Both the position numbers and the translations under genes were made by a program. 64,000 nt of DNA from Chiloscyllium plagiosum (lineage: Eukaryota), in assembly GCF_004010195.1 (NCBI RefSeq), contig NC_057718.1, positions 12,446,121 through 12,510,120 of the forward strand, given 5' to 3'. The notes under the pieces are model-generated. The model did no database searches. It was not told the origin of the DNA and saw nothing but the letters and a program-made list of their open reading frames with translations. Position 1 is the stretch's first letter. Each line of letters opens with the position of its first letter. Positions 13,120-24,929 of this stretch are shown in pieces.

Positions 13120-13320
13120 TCTCTCATTAGAGAGAGAGAGAGAGAGAGAGTTGGCGCAGACAGGGAGAAGTGTTCGTTTAACCTGTGAGTCACCACATCG
13201 TAGGGAAGGGGACCGACTGACAAAGAGGTAATTTCAACCGGGTGCAGGAATCAAACTCGCGTTGTAGGCATCACTCGACAAAGCAAATCAGTCGTGCAGC
13301 CAACTGAGCTATCCGACCAT
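13120..13320 (-). mobile_element. Degenerate tRNA-derived SINE (second copy at 14510-14735)
   Basis: Minus strand starts GGTCGGATAGCTCAGTTGG (tRNA-like A box). It shares AACCTG.GAGTCACCAC and an (AG)n block with 14510-14735, which ends in ACTTTACC repeats. Confidence 0.55.
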
Positions 13321-13384
13321 CAACACTGTGCTGTAACTGCCCAGTGAAGGATGTACCACTTAGATCGCTTTCCTTGGAATCACT

Positions 13385-13805
13385 AAATTGATCGCTGGGG
13401 TGAGGAGATTTCCCTGTATTGAAATGCTAAGTAATTTGGGTTTGCATTCTCTATGGGGTAGGAGAGGAGATCCCATTGAAACCATACCAGCATCTGGAGG
13501 GATGTGGGAAGATTTCCTTTGGTCGGGGAACTTAGAACTCAGGGGCCACAGACTTAGGATAAGGGGCCGATCTTCAGCACCCAGGTGAGGAGAAGTTATT
13601 TGCCTTAACCTTGTGAACTCAGAAGTTCATGGATGCTCCATCATCACATATATTTAAGGGTGGGATGGATAGTCTTGTCTCTCAGGGAATTGAGGGATAT
13701 GGCTAGTGGGCAGGAAAATGGAGTTCAACCACAATTGTATTGAATGGCAGAGCAGGTTTGATGGGCCGAATGGTCTACTGCTGCTTTATTTCTTGTGATT
13801 CTTAT
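13385..13805 (+). mobile_element. Old CR1 LINE 3' fragment
   Basis: Translation LGLHSL..RRGDPIET..ELRGHRLRIRG followed by the CR1 3' UTR TTGAATGGCAGAGCAGG..GGGCCGAATGG. Confidence 0.7.
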
Positions 13806-14830
13806 GTGGTAGGGGTTGGGAGACAATCCTCTACTGGACAGCCTTGGGCCTTGATACCCAGGAATGCGAATACACATCTTAGACCTACATCATCAGATTG
13901 GTTATCAGTAATTCATATTTCATGAATTGTGTTGGCTCTACAGGTTAACAGGAAGCTGGGAGGAATTCAGTGGCAAGGACTTGTGGGGAAACCTATTCAA
14001 GCGTCAAAAACTCAAACCTATTTATGAAGCACATAGGCTGTGAGTAAAATATAACAGCTTTTACTCATGTATAACAGCTAAGCGAGCAGCCAACAATAAC
14101 ATCCATCCATATAGCACCTTTTGTGTCATTAATACACCCCAAGGAACTTAGCAGAAGCATTCTGTATATCTCTCGAGCTTCCAGTGTTTTGAGCCTTAGG
14201 TACCTATCATAAGCTTCCCCTTTTACCCCATGATCCAATCCCATACCCTCCTTGACACAGGGTTCCCTGGATTTGTTGACCTCACCCTTCACATTGATGG
14301 GACCATGTTGGAACTGGACCCTCACTAGTTCCCTTCTGATAGACTCACTGTCCTGATGTAGGTTTTCCATCAAGTAGGTGCTCCCACCCTACTATGGCCA
14401 GGATTCACCTTATCATATTAAAATCCACTTACCCCAGTTCAGAACTTTTATTGATGGCACTCTGCCCAGATTTTCAACTTATGGACAGAGCCATACAGGT
14501 AACGAAGGTGCCAGGTAAAGGTGAGGTAAAGTCATCCTAATCTAGTTAGACTATAAGGCTGATTAGAGAGAGAGATAGCAAGTTCAACCTGAGAGTCACC
14601 ACCCCTCAGGCGAGGGGTGAGATTGAGAAGGAGAATCCTTCATGATAACCTCAGCTTGTGCAGGATTTGAACCTGCTCTGCTGGCATTATTCTGCATTGC
14701 AAACCAGCTGTACAGCCCACAGAGCTAACCAATCAGCTGGCCTATTGGAAAGCAACACACTTGTTCCCAACACCCCAGGATTAGAGAAAGGGGAAACCAA
14801 ATGGCGGATTGCTCCCAGCTTCTAATTGTA

Positions 14831-15040
14831 CAGAGTTAAAAATCACACAACACCAGGTTATAGTCCAACAGGTTTAATTGGAAGCACTAGCTTTCAGAGT
14901 GCCGCTCCTTCATCAGGTGGTTGCCGGAGCGGTGCTCTGAAAGCTAGTGCTTCCAATTAAACCTGTTGGACTATAACCTGGTGTTGTGTGATTTTTAACG
15001 TTGTACACCCCAGTCCAACACCAGTATCTCCAAATCATGA
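14831..15040. mobile_element. Fold-back Penelope-like insertion (family B) with hammerhead-like core
   Basis: Near-perfect inverted arms at about 14836-14908 and 14926-14999. TSD CTTCTAATTGTA at 14819-14830 and 15041-15052. Minus-strand core CTGATGAAGGAGCGGCACTCTGAAAGCTA at 14888-14916. Confidence 0.85.
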
Positions 15041-15057
15041 CTTCTAATTGTAGTGAT

Positions 15058-16070
15058 TGTAACGAGGTCAGCTAGGTGGACATTGTAGAATAGTAGCTCC
15101 TGATTGGGGCTGCTCCAATCAGGGAGCCCTGGCTGACAGATATAAACAGGAGTGTCAACACCCTGGAGTTGTTCAGGGAGAGGTGGGCGCCGCAGGGAGT
15201 GGAGTGCATCATTTCTACCTCCAACTCTATTTTGCTTTAGTCCCTACCCTCCCCCTCACTGTTTTGATCACACAGCACTGCCCTTTGATGTGAAGGGCAG
15301 TGTTTGTCACTGGCCACCCGGGTGTTTTCCTATCTTCCTGGTGGTGGAAATTGAATAAAGATTCGTGCACTTTGTGTCTTTCACTGTGTCTCACACCTGC
15401 GCACACACACACCATGGGTGCTGGGGAAAAAAAATATATAATAAGCACTACCGCACTTAGGTGGTAGTGTGGGGGAAAAAAATAAAAAAATAAAAAAATA
15501 AACAGAAGTGTCTCCAACTCTATTTTGATTTAGTCTCTACCCTCCCGAAAGAGAAAGAAAAAAAAAATAAACAGGGGATTCTGTGTCTCAACAAAAAAAA
15601 AATAAACAGGAGATTCCCTACCCTCCCCCTCACTGTTTTGATCACACAAAAAAAAATAAACAGGAGTGTCAACACCCTGGAGTTGTTCAGGGAGAGGTGG
15701 GCGCCGCAGGGAGTGGAGTGCATCATTTCTCCCTCCAACTCTATTTTGATTTAGTCCCTACCCTACCCCTCACTGTTTTGATCACACAGCACTGCCCTTT
15801 GATGTGAAGGGCAGTGTTTGTCACTGGCCACCCGGGTGTTTTCCTATCTTCCGGGTGGTGGAATTTGAATAAAGATTTGTGCACTTTGTGTCTTTCACTG
15901 TGTCTCACACCTGCACACAAAAAAAATAAAAAATAAATAAACAGGAGTGTCAGATGTTCTGTTCACTCTGAGAACTGGCTCTGAGGGAGCTGGATCAGTG
16001 TGAAGTACTACACATGTGTAAATAAAGGGGGACCTGGTGACAGGATACTGGCCTCTGTGGAGTTACTTCA
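15058..16070 (+). mobile_element. Short solo LTR-like element (TGTAAC...TTCA), about 220 bp once the insertions are removed
   Basis: TG...CA termini, CCAAT/ATTGG motifs, a TATAAA box at 15141 and AATAAA at about 16021. The sequence rejoins across the duplicated TAAACAGGAGTGTCA. No clear external TSD. Confidence 0.6.
15158..15937 (+). mobile_element. Array of five poly(A)-tailed 3' fragments of a Tx1/L1-clade LINE at one target site
   Basis: Two long copies encode TLELFRERWAPQGVECIIS(T/P)SNSIL(L/I)* (15160-15240 and 15674-15754), followed by a 3' UTR with AATAAA and an A-tail. Three short sub-fragments lie between them. Each insert is preceded by TAAACAGRRG(TGTC). Confidence 0.75.
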
Positions 16071-16610
16071 CTCACCATTGGCTCCAGCATGAAGCGTGAG
16101 GCACCTCCATGATAAGGAAGGTGTGGATGGGGATAGAAAACAAGAGGTTGAGGGCAGCAGCCATGTAAGAAGGTATCAGTTAACTGGCAGTGCCATTGTC
16201 AAGCTCCCAATTCTCTTCCAACTTTTTTTCAAGGACATGCTGTTGTCATTAGATTCTGTTCAAGATGTTTCCTCCTCAATTGGCATGTCATGGTCTGCCT
16301 CAGATGTTTGTGTTTGTTGACATGTTCTATGGAGTGTTTACAGCACTGTTTACCCCAATTGGCAGGGATTGGGACCGGGACAGGGACTGTTTGCTCCACA
16401 TGCTAATTATGGAGTCCCATGGCGCAACCTTAATTTTACATTTTTAGTGGTCTGTCTTGTCAGTGAAAGCCTTGCAAAGCTGCAGTAAGAATAGATGGGA
16501 GTGGCTCCATGTGTTTCATATTCGCTTGCGGGCTTTTTTTTCTCATTTATTTCATTGTTCCCCCCTTCCCCCTCCCCCTCCCCCATGGCCCACCCATTCC
16601 CCCTCCCCCA

Positions 16611-16634
16611 ACACACACACACACACACACACAC
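16611..16634. repeat. (CA)n microsatellite
   Basis: About 12 AC units following a C-rich tract. Confidence 0.9.
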
Positions 16635-17723
16635 AGCTGTGTACTTGTCTGCCTCTGTGTAGCAAGACATCTGAGTCACTCATTTCCGTTTTGCGTCATT
16701 CACCCTCCATATTATACCCCATCGCTGGATTCCACGTACACCAGTGTGGCCTGCTCCACTCAATAGCTTTATAAAACCTGTGGCCTGTGGGCACCAGAAT
16801 GCCCTCTTTGATATAATTGCTCTCTTATGTGTCTGTGGACTGTTTTCCCAGTTGTTTTTCCTCCTTTGCAATGTTCTGTTTTTTATTGTCAGTTCTGTGT
16901 CTGCGGTAATCATTGCAGCAATGATGCTTTAGGTATATTTTGAACAGGCAATGTTCCTTTAATCCCAAGACAGCATGGTCATATTGAACTGAACACATGT
17001 TCTGTGTTTATACAAACCAGACTCTCTCCTTCTCCTGGCTTATGTAGACTCAGAGAAACAGCTATCATTTTACATTCAGGGTGGTTAATTGTGACAGGAT
17101 TAATAGGATGTAGCGCCGGGGATTCCCTTGAATTTGTGAACCAGCAGTATCCCAGAGGCTTACCATTGACCAGAAACTGAACTGGACTAGCCATGCAAAC
17201 AGTGTGGCTGCAAGAGCAGGTCAAAAGGGTGGGAATCCTGTGGCAGGAAACTCCCTTCCTGAATCCCTAAAGATTGTCCCCCATTGACATGGCACAAGTC
17301 AGAAGAGTGAGAGAACACACCCCACTGGCCTGAATGAGTGCAGCTCCAACAACATCAAGAAGCTCGACACTATACAAGGCAAGGGAGACCTCTTGTTTGT
17401 TCCACCATTTACAACAGTTACTCCCTTCACCACCAATCCACAGAAATGCAGAACTATTTTGCAAAAGGAGACCACAGCAGCTCTCTCTGAATATTTTGAC
17501 CGAGTGGCAATTTCTTGCTTTTTACCCATAACCCCGCCCATTTTGAATAATCAGACAAAGGTATCCTGAGTGCCTCAGTTGAACCTGCCTCCACCACATT
17601 TCCAGTGAGTGCAGTGCAGACCCCAACCACATCCTGTATCAAAATCAAAGACAGAAGTTGCTGGGAAAGCTCAGCACATTCTGAGAAAGGTTCACTGGAC
17701 CCGAAACGTTAACTCTGATTTTT

Positions 17724-17996
17724 CGATTAGATTCCCTACAGTGTGGAAACAGGCCCTTTGGCCCAACAAGTCCGCACTAACCCTCTGAAGAGTAACCCAC
17801 CTTGACCCATTTCCCTCTGACTAATGCAACTAACACTACGGGCAATTTAGCACGGCCAATTCACCTGACCTGCACAACTTTGGACAGTGGGAGGAAACCC
17901 ACACAGACACAATCTGTCACCCAAGGCTGGAATTGAATCTAGGACCCTAGTGCTGTGAGGCAGCAGTGCTAACCACTGAGCCACCAGGCCACCCCA
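17724..17996 (-). mobile_element. HE1-type V-SINE inserted into a Penelope-like terminal repeat (flanks about 17643-17723 and 17997-18095)
   Basis: Reverse complement matches 10432-10750. The flanks rejoin as ..GACCCGAAACGTTAACTCTGATTT / CTCTCCACAGATGCT.. seen in other copies. Confidence 0.85.
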
Positions 17997-18099
17997 CAGA
18001 TTTCTCTCCACAGATGCTACCAGACCTGCTGAGCTTTTCCATCAATTTTGGTTTTTCCTCCTGATTTACAGCATCTGCAGTTCTTTCAGTTTTTATGTT

Positions 18100-18400
18100 G
18101 TGTCAAAGTGCTTTTCTCACCTTGCATTTATTTCTTTTGAAAAACACTCGTCCCTCCATCCTTTTATGAGCAGGAACAGTTTCTCCCAATCTACTCCATC
18201 TAGACCCCTCATAAATTTCAAACTTACATGAAATCTCCACTTGGCCTTCTCCTTTTCAGGGAAAGCAGTCCCAATTTCTCCAGTCTATCCTCACAATAAA
18301 AGTTTCTCATCCCTGGAACCATTCTCACAAATCTCTTTTGCAGTGACTCCAGCGAGTTGAGGTTCTTCCTAAAGTTTGGGCACATCAGCTGTACGCAGTG
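18100..18400 (-). mobile_element. Old CR1 LINE fragment
   Basis: Translation LESLQKRFVRMVPGMRNFYCEDRLEKLGLLSLKRRRPSGD. Confidence 0.75.
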
Positions 18401-18656
18401 GCAGTAATGTGCACCATTTACAAAAAGCATTGCACCATTCACCAAGTCTCCTGCAATAGCATCTTCCAAACCCACAACCTCTACCGCTTAGAGCAACAAA
18501 TATATGGGAACACTACCATCCGCAAGTTCCCTTCCAAACCATAAACGTACCTGACATTTCAAACAATACTTATTTACAATTTATACATGGTGTTTTTGCA
18601 CAAATATTTCTGCCTAAATCTGCTCTAATTCCATCCTTCTCTCAGAGTCTCTATCA

Positions 18657-18802
18657 GAGTCGAGAGTGTGGTGCTGGAAAAGCACAGCAGGTCAGGCAGC
18701 TTCTGAGGAGCAGGAAGGTTGATGTTTTGGGCACAAACCCTTCATCAGGAATGTCAACATCAGGATTCTCCAGCATCTGCAGTCCTCACTTTCTTCTGAT
18801 TC
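18657..18802. mobile_element. Penelope-like terminal-repeat insertion (family A)
   Basis: Perfect 14-bp TSD CAGAGTCTCTATCA at 18643-18656 and 18803-18816. Body matches 5656-5744. Confidence 0.85.
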
Positions 18803-19684
18803 CAGAGTCTCTATCACATGACCATTGAGGTCACAGTGACATTAGCAAATCTCTCTGCCTCATAACTTGCACCAACTCTATTCACCTACTCCCCACTTTC
18901 TCACTGACATCCTGGCTTTCTGTTCAGCAACATCTCAATTATAAAATTCTCCTTCACATATCTAAATCCCTCCATAGCCTCCTTCTTTCCTAGAACTCTC
19001 CCAGAACTCTGCACTCTGATGATTCAATTGCAGACTCTTGGGAGGCCTCCAATTTCTTCGTCCACCGGTGACAGTTTTCAAGAGACCTGAGGACCTGGAA
19101 TCCCCCACCCCACCCCCAGAATTGCTTCTCCCTCCCATTCCTCTTTAAAGAGGTTTTTCAAAAATCTACATCTTTGATCCATTTGAGCTCAATGGGCCTC
19201 CCTTTCGGCCATAATGACTCTTCGACTTTTTTTTTGGTGACTTGAACTAATGTCTCTAACTTTATGTCAGGATCAATTGTTTTATTTTGTGCATGTTCTT
19301 ATTTTTGATCAACCTTTTTTTAAGTGCAGAATGTAATTGCAACATGTTGTTGTATTGCAATGCTATCCTGTTTGTGGCAAAGCATGCAGTTGCCAACCTG
19401 GATTTCAGAATTAAATCAGGATGGCTCAGTATTACACAATTACCCATCTTGAAAGAACACCAGGCAACAAACAAGAATAATTATACATCAAAGTAATGAA
19501 AGAAAATCTTGAATTTACAAACACCAGACATCTCAAAGATTTTTACAGCCAACACACTGCTTTTGAAGTATAGACAGAAACAGTAATGTGATAATGACTA
19601 GATAATCACTTTCTCGTGATATTGATTGAAGGATAAATATTGGCTAGGACATTTGGGAGAAGGCACTACACTCTTCATTTTTAA

Positions 19685-19945
19685 AAATTCATTTGTGGGA
19701 TGTGGGTGTCGCTGGCTGGCCCAGCATTTTTTCCCATCTCTAGTTGCCCTTGAGAAGGTGGTGATGAGCTGCCTTCTTGAACTGCCACAGTCCACCTGCT
19801 GTGGGTTGACCCACAATGCCCTTAGGGAGGGAATTCCAGGATTTTGACCCAGTGACAGTGAAGGAACAGCAATATATTTTAGAATGGTGAGTGGCTTGGA
19901 GTGGAAGATGAAGGTGGTAGTGTTCCCATGTATCTGCTGTCCTTA
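19685..19945 (-). mobile_element. 3' end of the second CR1-group LINE family (another copy at about 23995-24650)
   Basis: Minus strand reads GLWQFKKAAHHHLLKGN* followed by a GGGATGTGGGTGTCGCTGG-type tail. Homologous sequence occurs at 24020-24650, 2935-3000 and 44935-45200. Confidence 0.7.
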
Positions 19946-20881
19946 CGTCTTGGTGTAGATATTTCTAAGCAACCTGTACAGGGATGTTATGGAGCAGGTT
20001 GGATTTGAACCCAAGCCTCCTTACCCAGATGTAGGGACAATACCATTACTCCACAAGATTGTTGAAGGCTCGGCCTGTATAAGTGGAGGTACTCATTAGA
20101 TAAAAATATTTGAACACATTTAAGCTGGATGTTGAAAGACTCGGGGGTAGTTAGACTGGACTGCCTGTCTCTCCTCTGAGGTCACCCCATCGCCTGGGAG
20201 TCCTTAGGAAGGACTGTCCACTGACGCACTTTAAACTTCCAGCATCCAGGGGGCACCACAGGGCATTATCTCCAGTCATAACCAAACATTAATTTAAATC
20301 GACGTTTCAATTAAACAATTGTTTATTTGTTGCAGAACTCCTTTAAGAGGCTGCCTTTATTTAATTTGGTTCATTCGGTCAATTTAGATTGATTTAGGTG
20401 AGTTGCTTTGAGAAAGAGTAGAGAGATACTTGGAGGTTATGAAAGCTGACTACCTGCTTCTTGACGATGCTTTCATTCCTATTGCTATGGAGAGGGATCA
20501 TGCAGCATCTGCTGGTACATGAGGCCTACTCTGACTGGTGGGCATGGCTGGAGTTGGAACGAATCAGCCTCCTTCCCATATAAATGTTAAATTTCCTTTG
20601 ATTTCTGTTATGGTGCCCCTTTAAGAGGCTGTCACTCATTTTATTTGTTAATGGCTTTTATTGGATTTTATGAGTTTCTATAATGTTAGGAAGAGACACT
20701 CCTCCTTATGGGTCTATCCTTGGTCTGGCCATTAATAGGTCCAGGCATTAAGCTATTGAGGGGGTCCTTCATCCATCCTATTTGCCCCCTTTCCAGGTGT
20801 CCTTGGAGATGGAGTATCCATTTGGTAAGCTTGAGGCTTTCCATGATCTAGGGTAAACCACAGGCATATTATTTTAAATAA

Positions 20882-20967
20882 AGAAGAGCTTATGCCTGAA
20901 ACGTCGATTCTCCTGTTCCCTGGTTGCTGCCTGACCTGCTGCGCTTTTCCAGCAACACATTTTCAGC
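20882..20967 (+). mobile_element. Short Penelope-like terminal-repeat insertion (family A)
   Basis: Perfect 15-bp TSD TATTATTTTAAATAA at 20867-20881 and 20968-20982. The insert carries GCTTATGCCTGAAACGTCGATTCTCC. Confidence 0.85.
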
Positions 20968-22699
20968 TATTATTTTAAATAACCTTTGATAAGCTTCCTT
21001 TAAAGTTGTGGCTTATGTGACAGTGCCCCTTTAAGGCCTGGCTCATTAGCTAAATTGTACATTTGTTTAATTGCTGCTCCAAAGATATATCCCTTCTTGT
21101 GGGCCTGTTGCTGGAGTACATCATCAGCTGCAGTCATTTAATTTAATTTGATGTTTTGGTTACAATGATCCTTTAAGCAGTTGATCATGTTCTCATTACC
21201 TAATTAATTTAATTGGCTTTATTCCTAACCAAAAAGGATAAAAGAGGCACACTCGGACTGGTAGTGGCTTGTTAGGAACAATACAGTTGGGCTGGTTCTG
21301 CAGTGGTAGTGCCTCTACCTCTGAGCCAAGGAGACCTGGATTCAAGATTCACCTGCTCCAAGTGTGTGTCATAACATCCCTGAACAGCATGATGATAAAA
21401 CACCCCTGCCTAATTTCCTTTATGGATATATCTAAAGAGTGGGTAAAGATTGACTAATTGGCAGCCAGAGTTAGTGCCACAGGATATCTTACATCCACCT
21501 AAGAGGCTAAATGGGTCTATTCGCTTGATCCAAAAGATGGCGTCTCCCAACAATGCAGTGCTCCCTCAGCATTGCACTGGACTGTCAGCAGCCCCTTTGT
21601 ATTCAGGACCTGGAGTGGGATTAGAACCTAGAGCCTTATGACTCTAAAGCGCTTCTTCAACCAGTTGAGCAGAATCAAATGAATTACCAACATATATAAA
21701 GGACTGGGGATTGGAGAAAGGTCAAGACAGTTCCTACCTCCTTTGAAAAAGGAATAGAATGATCAAATGAGAACATTAGACCAGTGAATCTGGTGTGTGT
21801 ATATAGTATCCAAAATATCAGCAAGCTTTCTGATGGAGACAACAACAAAAACAACAGATCACTTGCATTTGGCAATCCCTTTATGGCCTACTGCTGTGAT
21901 TGGGTGACATGGCATCCATATCTCATGATATGTATTCCCCATTAATCTTACCCAACAATCATGTCTACTTATTCAGCACAGAAGATTAAAGTGTGTTCTA
22001 ATTTAGGGGTTTAAGAAGATTGAAAGATTTGACATGGTACAGAGAGGGAAACTGGAGATGTGAATTCCTTCATATTTCCTGATATGAAGTGTGGGGGTCA
22101 GTGTGCTGGGTTGGGTGGTCACTGGGATAATTGACCCAATCAGCTCACTGACGAGCTGACAGGCTGAATGGGAAATGAATTTCCTATCCTGTCACAGCCC
22201 ACAATACTAGCATCCGGGCAACCAGGAGCTGCCAGCCAATCAGCTTGGGAGTTGCAATTGACTGATCGCGGCAAGAATACTAGGGCTGTCACGTTAATGG
22301 AAATCAGTGCCAGACATGGGGAGGGGAGTTCTGCATAACCATACACATTGTGAAGGTGGAAGTGAAGGAGAACGGCCAGGGTGTAGGTTAGATTCATCAG
22401 GTTTAAAAGTAGCAATGATTGAGCAACATCCTGTGAATGGCCAGCTGGTAATGATCATTTCTCACTGCCTATTTCTCATTTTGTAATATGTCAGTCTGCT
22501 GGAGCTGATGATCTTATTTAGAGTTAGAAAGAAAGACGACCTTTTATTCATTGTGTCTGCAATTGTCATCAAACATCCATCTATTGCCATCCTGCTTTCC
22601 AACTAAATGTGCCGTGCCATCCACGGAATATTAGTATTCCTATAATTTATTAATATCATGTAATGATTAATATCCTCAAAGATGGTTTTCAGACCATTG

Positions 22700-23270
22700 T
22701 ACTCACAAAGACTGGAAGTCATGTAAAAATATTTCTCTTTGTGTCCTTGCAGTACCCACATTATTGACAGAGGCAAACCAATCCTCTCAAATCTCAGCTT
22801 CGCCCGATAAATAATGTGCATAATGTGCAAGAGGATAACTGATTCACATAACCAATCAACAAAGGTTAGGAGCTTTATAGGCTGTGACTTTGAAGTTTAT
22901 CTTTAAGGGTAGCTGGTAAAAGAACTTTATTGATTGACATCAGCCATCGCTCCTTTTATCTTCCGACTACATTTCAAATCGATGTACAAGTCTCAAGTAT
23001 CTCCTATCATGTGATTAGAATCCTGTAGAGTATCCATTTAGAATATCAGGTTTCCAAAGGCAAACGTTTTTAACTGGGAACTTGTCTTTCCCCATAATGT
23101 TTCTTCTCCAACGCAAGACAATCAATATATCATCCACAAACAAATCTTTACTCTTTGGAGCTCAGTTTGCAAGCAGTGTTCATTGTTCGGAGTTTGGAGG
23201 GGGATGTAAAACCTTCTTATTGGAATGAATACCAAAGTCCCTTCAATGTGAGAACATCCACTTCAGTGAC
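22700..23270 (-). mobile_element. Very degenerate Ty3/Gypsy pol (RT) remnant
   Basis: Minus-strand reading LTLKGLWYSFQ*EGFTSPSKLRTM ... LQRVKI(fs)FVDDILIV ... LIGYVNQLS follows the Gypsy RT motif order T.KGL...PFG..SAP..FQRTM / YVDDILI / FLGMVN. Confidence 0.4.
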
Positions 23271-24929
23271 TTTCAAGGCATGATGCTAAATTTCAATTAA
23301 TTTGTAGCTAAAAAGAAAGATTTTTGCCTCGACTAATTTTTTTTGTATTAATTCTTGGGACATAGGCAATGCTGGCGAGGCCAACATTTATTACCCATCC
23401 CTAACTGACCAAAGGGCAGTTAAGAATCAACCATATTGTGTTGGGTCTGGAGTCACATGTAGACCAGACAGAGTAAAGGTGGCTGATTTCCTTCCAGATG
23501 GATATTAGTAAACCAGATGGGATTATGCAACAATCAACAATGACTGCATGGTTATTGGAGAATTGTTTTTCACTATCTCAGCAATTTCAAAGTATGGCTC
23601 CCCCTGTGGTGTGGTCTCTGCCATAATGCAGTAAAGAGAGTTAGGTTATGTACAATATAGTTTACTCGCATAGTAAAAGTCAATTCATTAGCTTTGGGGC
23701 TACCACGACAGGAAAAGTATTTGTTCAGATTAGGGATTAGTTTGGACTCTTGCCTTCTGTATCCAGATGGAACATGTATGTGTGTGAAAATAACATTTTC
23801 CTATTGAATCATTGCATATTTTAAGACCCACGTTTGACTGACAAGGGAGTGAAAAGTTACTGGAGGTAGGCAGGGATATAAAGTTGAAGTCATAATCAGA
23901 TCAGCCATTATCTTATTGAAGGATAGAGCAGGCTTAATGGTCTGAAGGATCCACTCCTGCTCCTAATTTGAACATTCATATTGATTTTTTTGGATACGAT
24001 GGGGCCATTTGCTGGTAAGGTACATCCCTAATTGCCTTTAAGAAAGTGGTGATGAGCTGCTTTCTTGAACTACTGCACTCCATGTGGTATAGCCACACCC
24101 ACATTGCTGCTGGGGATCCAGGATTTTGACTCAGCAACAATGAAGGAATGATGATAGATTTCCATGTCAGGTTGGAGGGGAACTTGCAGGCAGTGGTGTC
24201 ACCATATATCTGCTGCCCTTACTTTTGTAGATAGTAGAGGTTATGGGTTTGGAAGTTATGGTCACAGGAATCTTGTTGCATTACATTTTGTGGATGTACA
24301 CACTGCTGCAACTGTGCATTGTTGGTAAAGGGAGTGAATTTTGAAGGTAAATGGCTGGCATACCAGTCAAGATTTTCCCTGGATTATGCCAAGTTTCTTG
24401 AGTGTTGTTGGAGCTGCACTCATCCAGATAAGTGAGGAATATTCCAACACACTCCTGACTTCTCCCTTGTAGGTAGTGGGGAGACAGGAAGTGAGTTATT
24501 CAGTGCAAAATTCTCAGCTTCTAACCTGCTCTGGTAGCCACACTATTTATATACCTGGCCTAACTTGGTTTCCGGTCAATGGTAATCCTCAGGATGTGGA
24601 TGTTGAGGAAATTCAGTGATGGTAATGCCATTGAAAGGCAAGGGGGCAAATTGTAGTCTATGTGGTGTTAGTACACCTACAGTGCTGTTAAATCCATCTA
24701 GTTTTTCTCCTGTTTAATTTTCATTTTAGTTTGCTACAACTGAGTAGCGTGTGAGACTTTTTCACAAGACAGTAAAGAATCAATTGTAAAGTTCTGAACC
24801 TGGAATTATATATATATATATATCAGATTTCCTCTTTAAAGGGCAGGAGTGAATTAAATTGGTTTTCATACAATGGACACCATTACAAGATTTTCATTTC
24901 AGATTTATTCAATTAATTGAATTTAAACT

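Noticed and set aside
15143..15952. CRISPR array interpretation of the repeat/spacer pattern
   Set aside because: The context is eukaryotic with no cas genes. The spacers are mutually homologous, A-tailed and very unequal in length, which fits retrotransposon insertions with TSDs.
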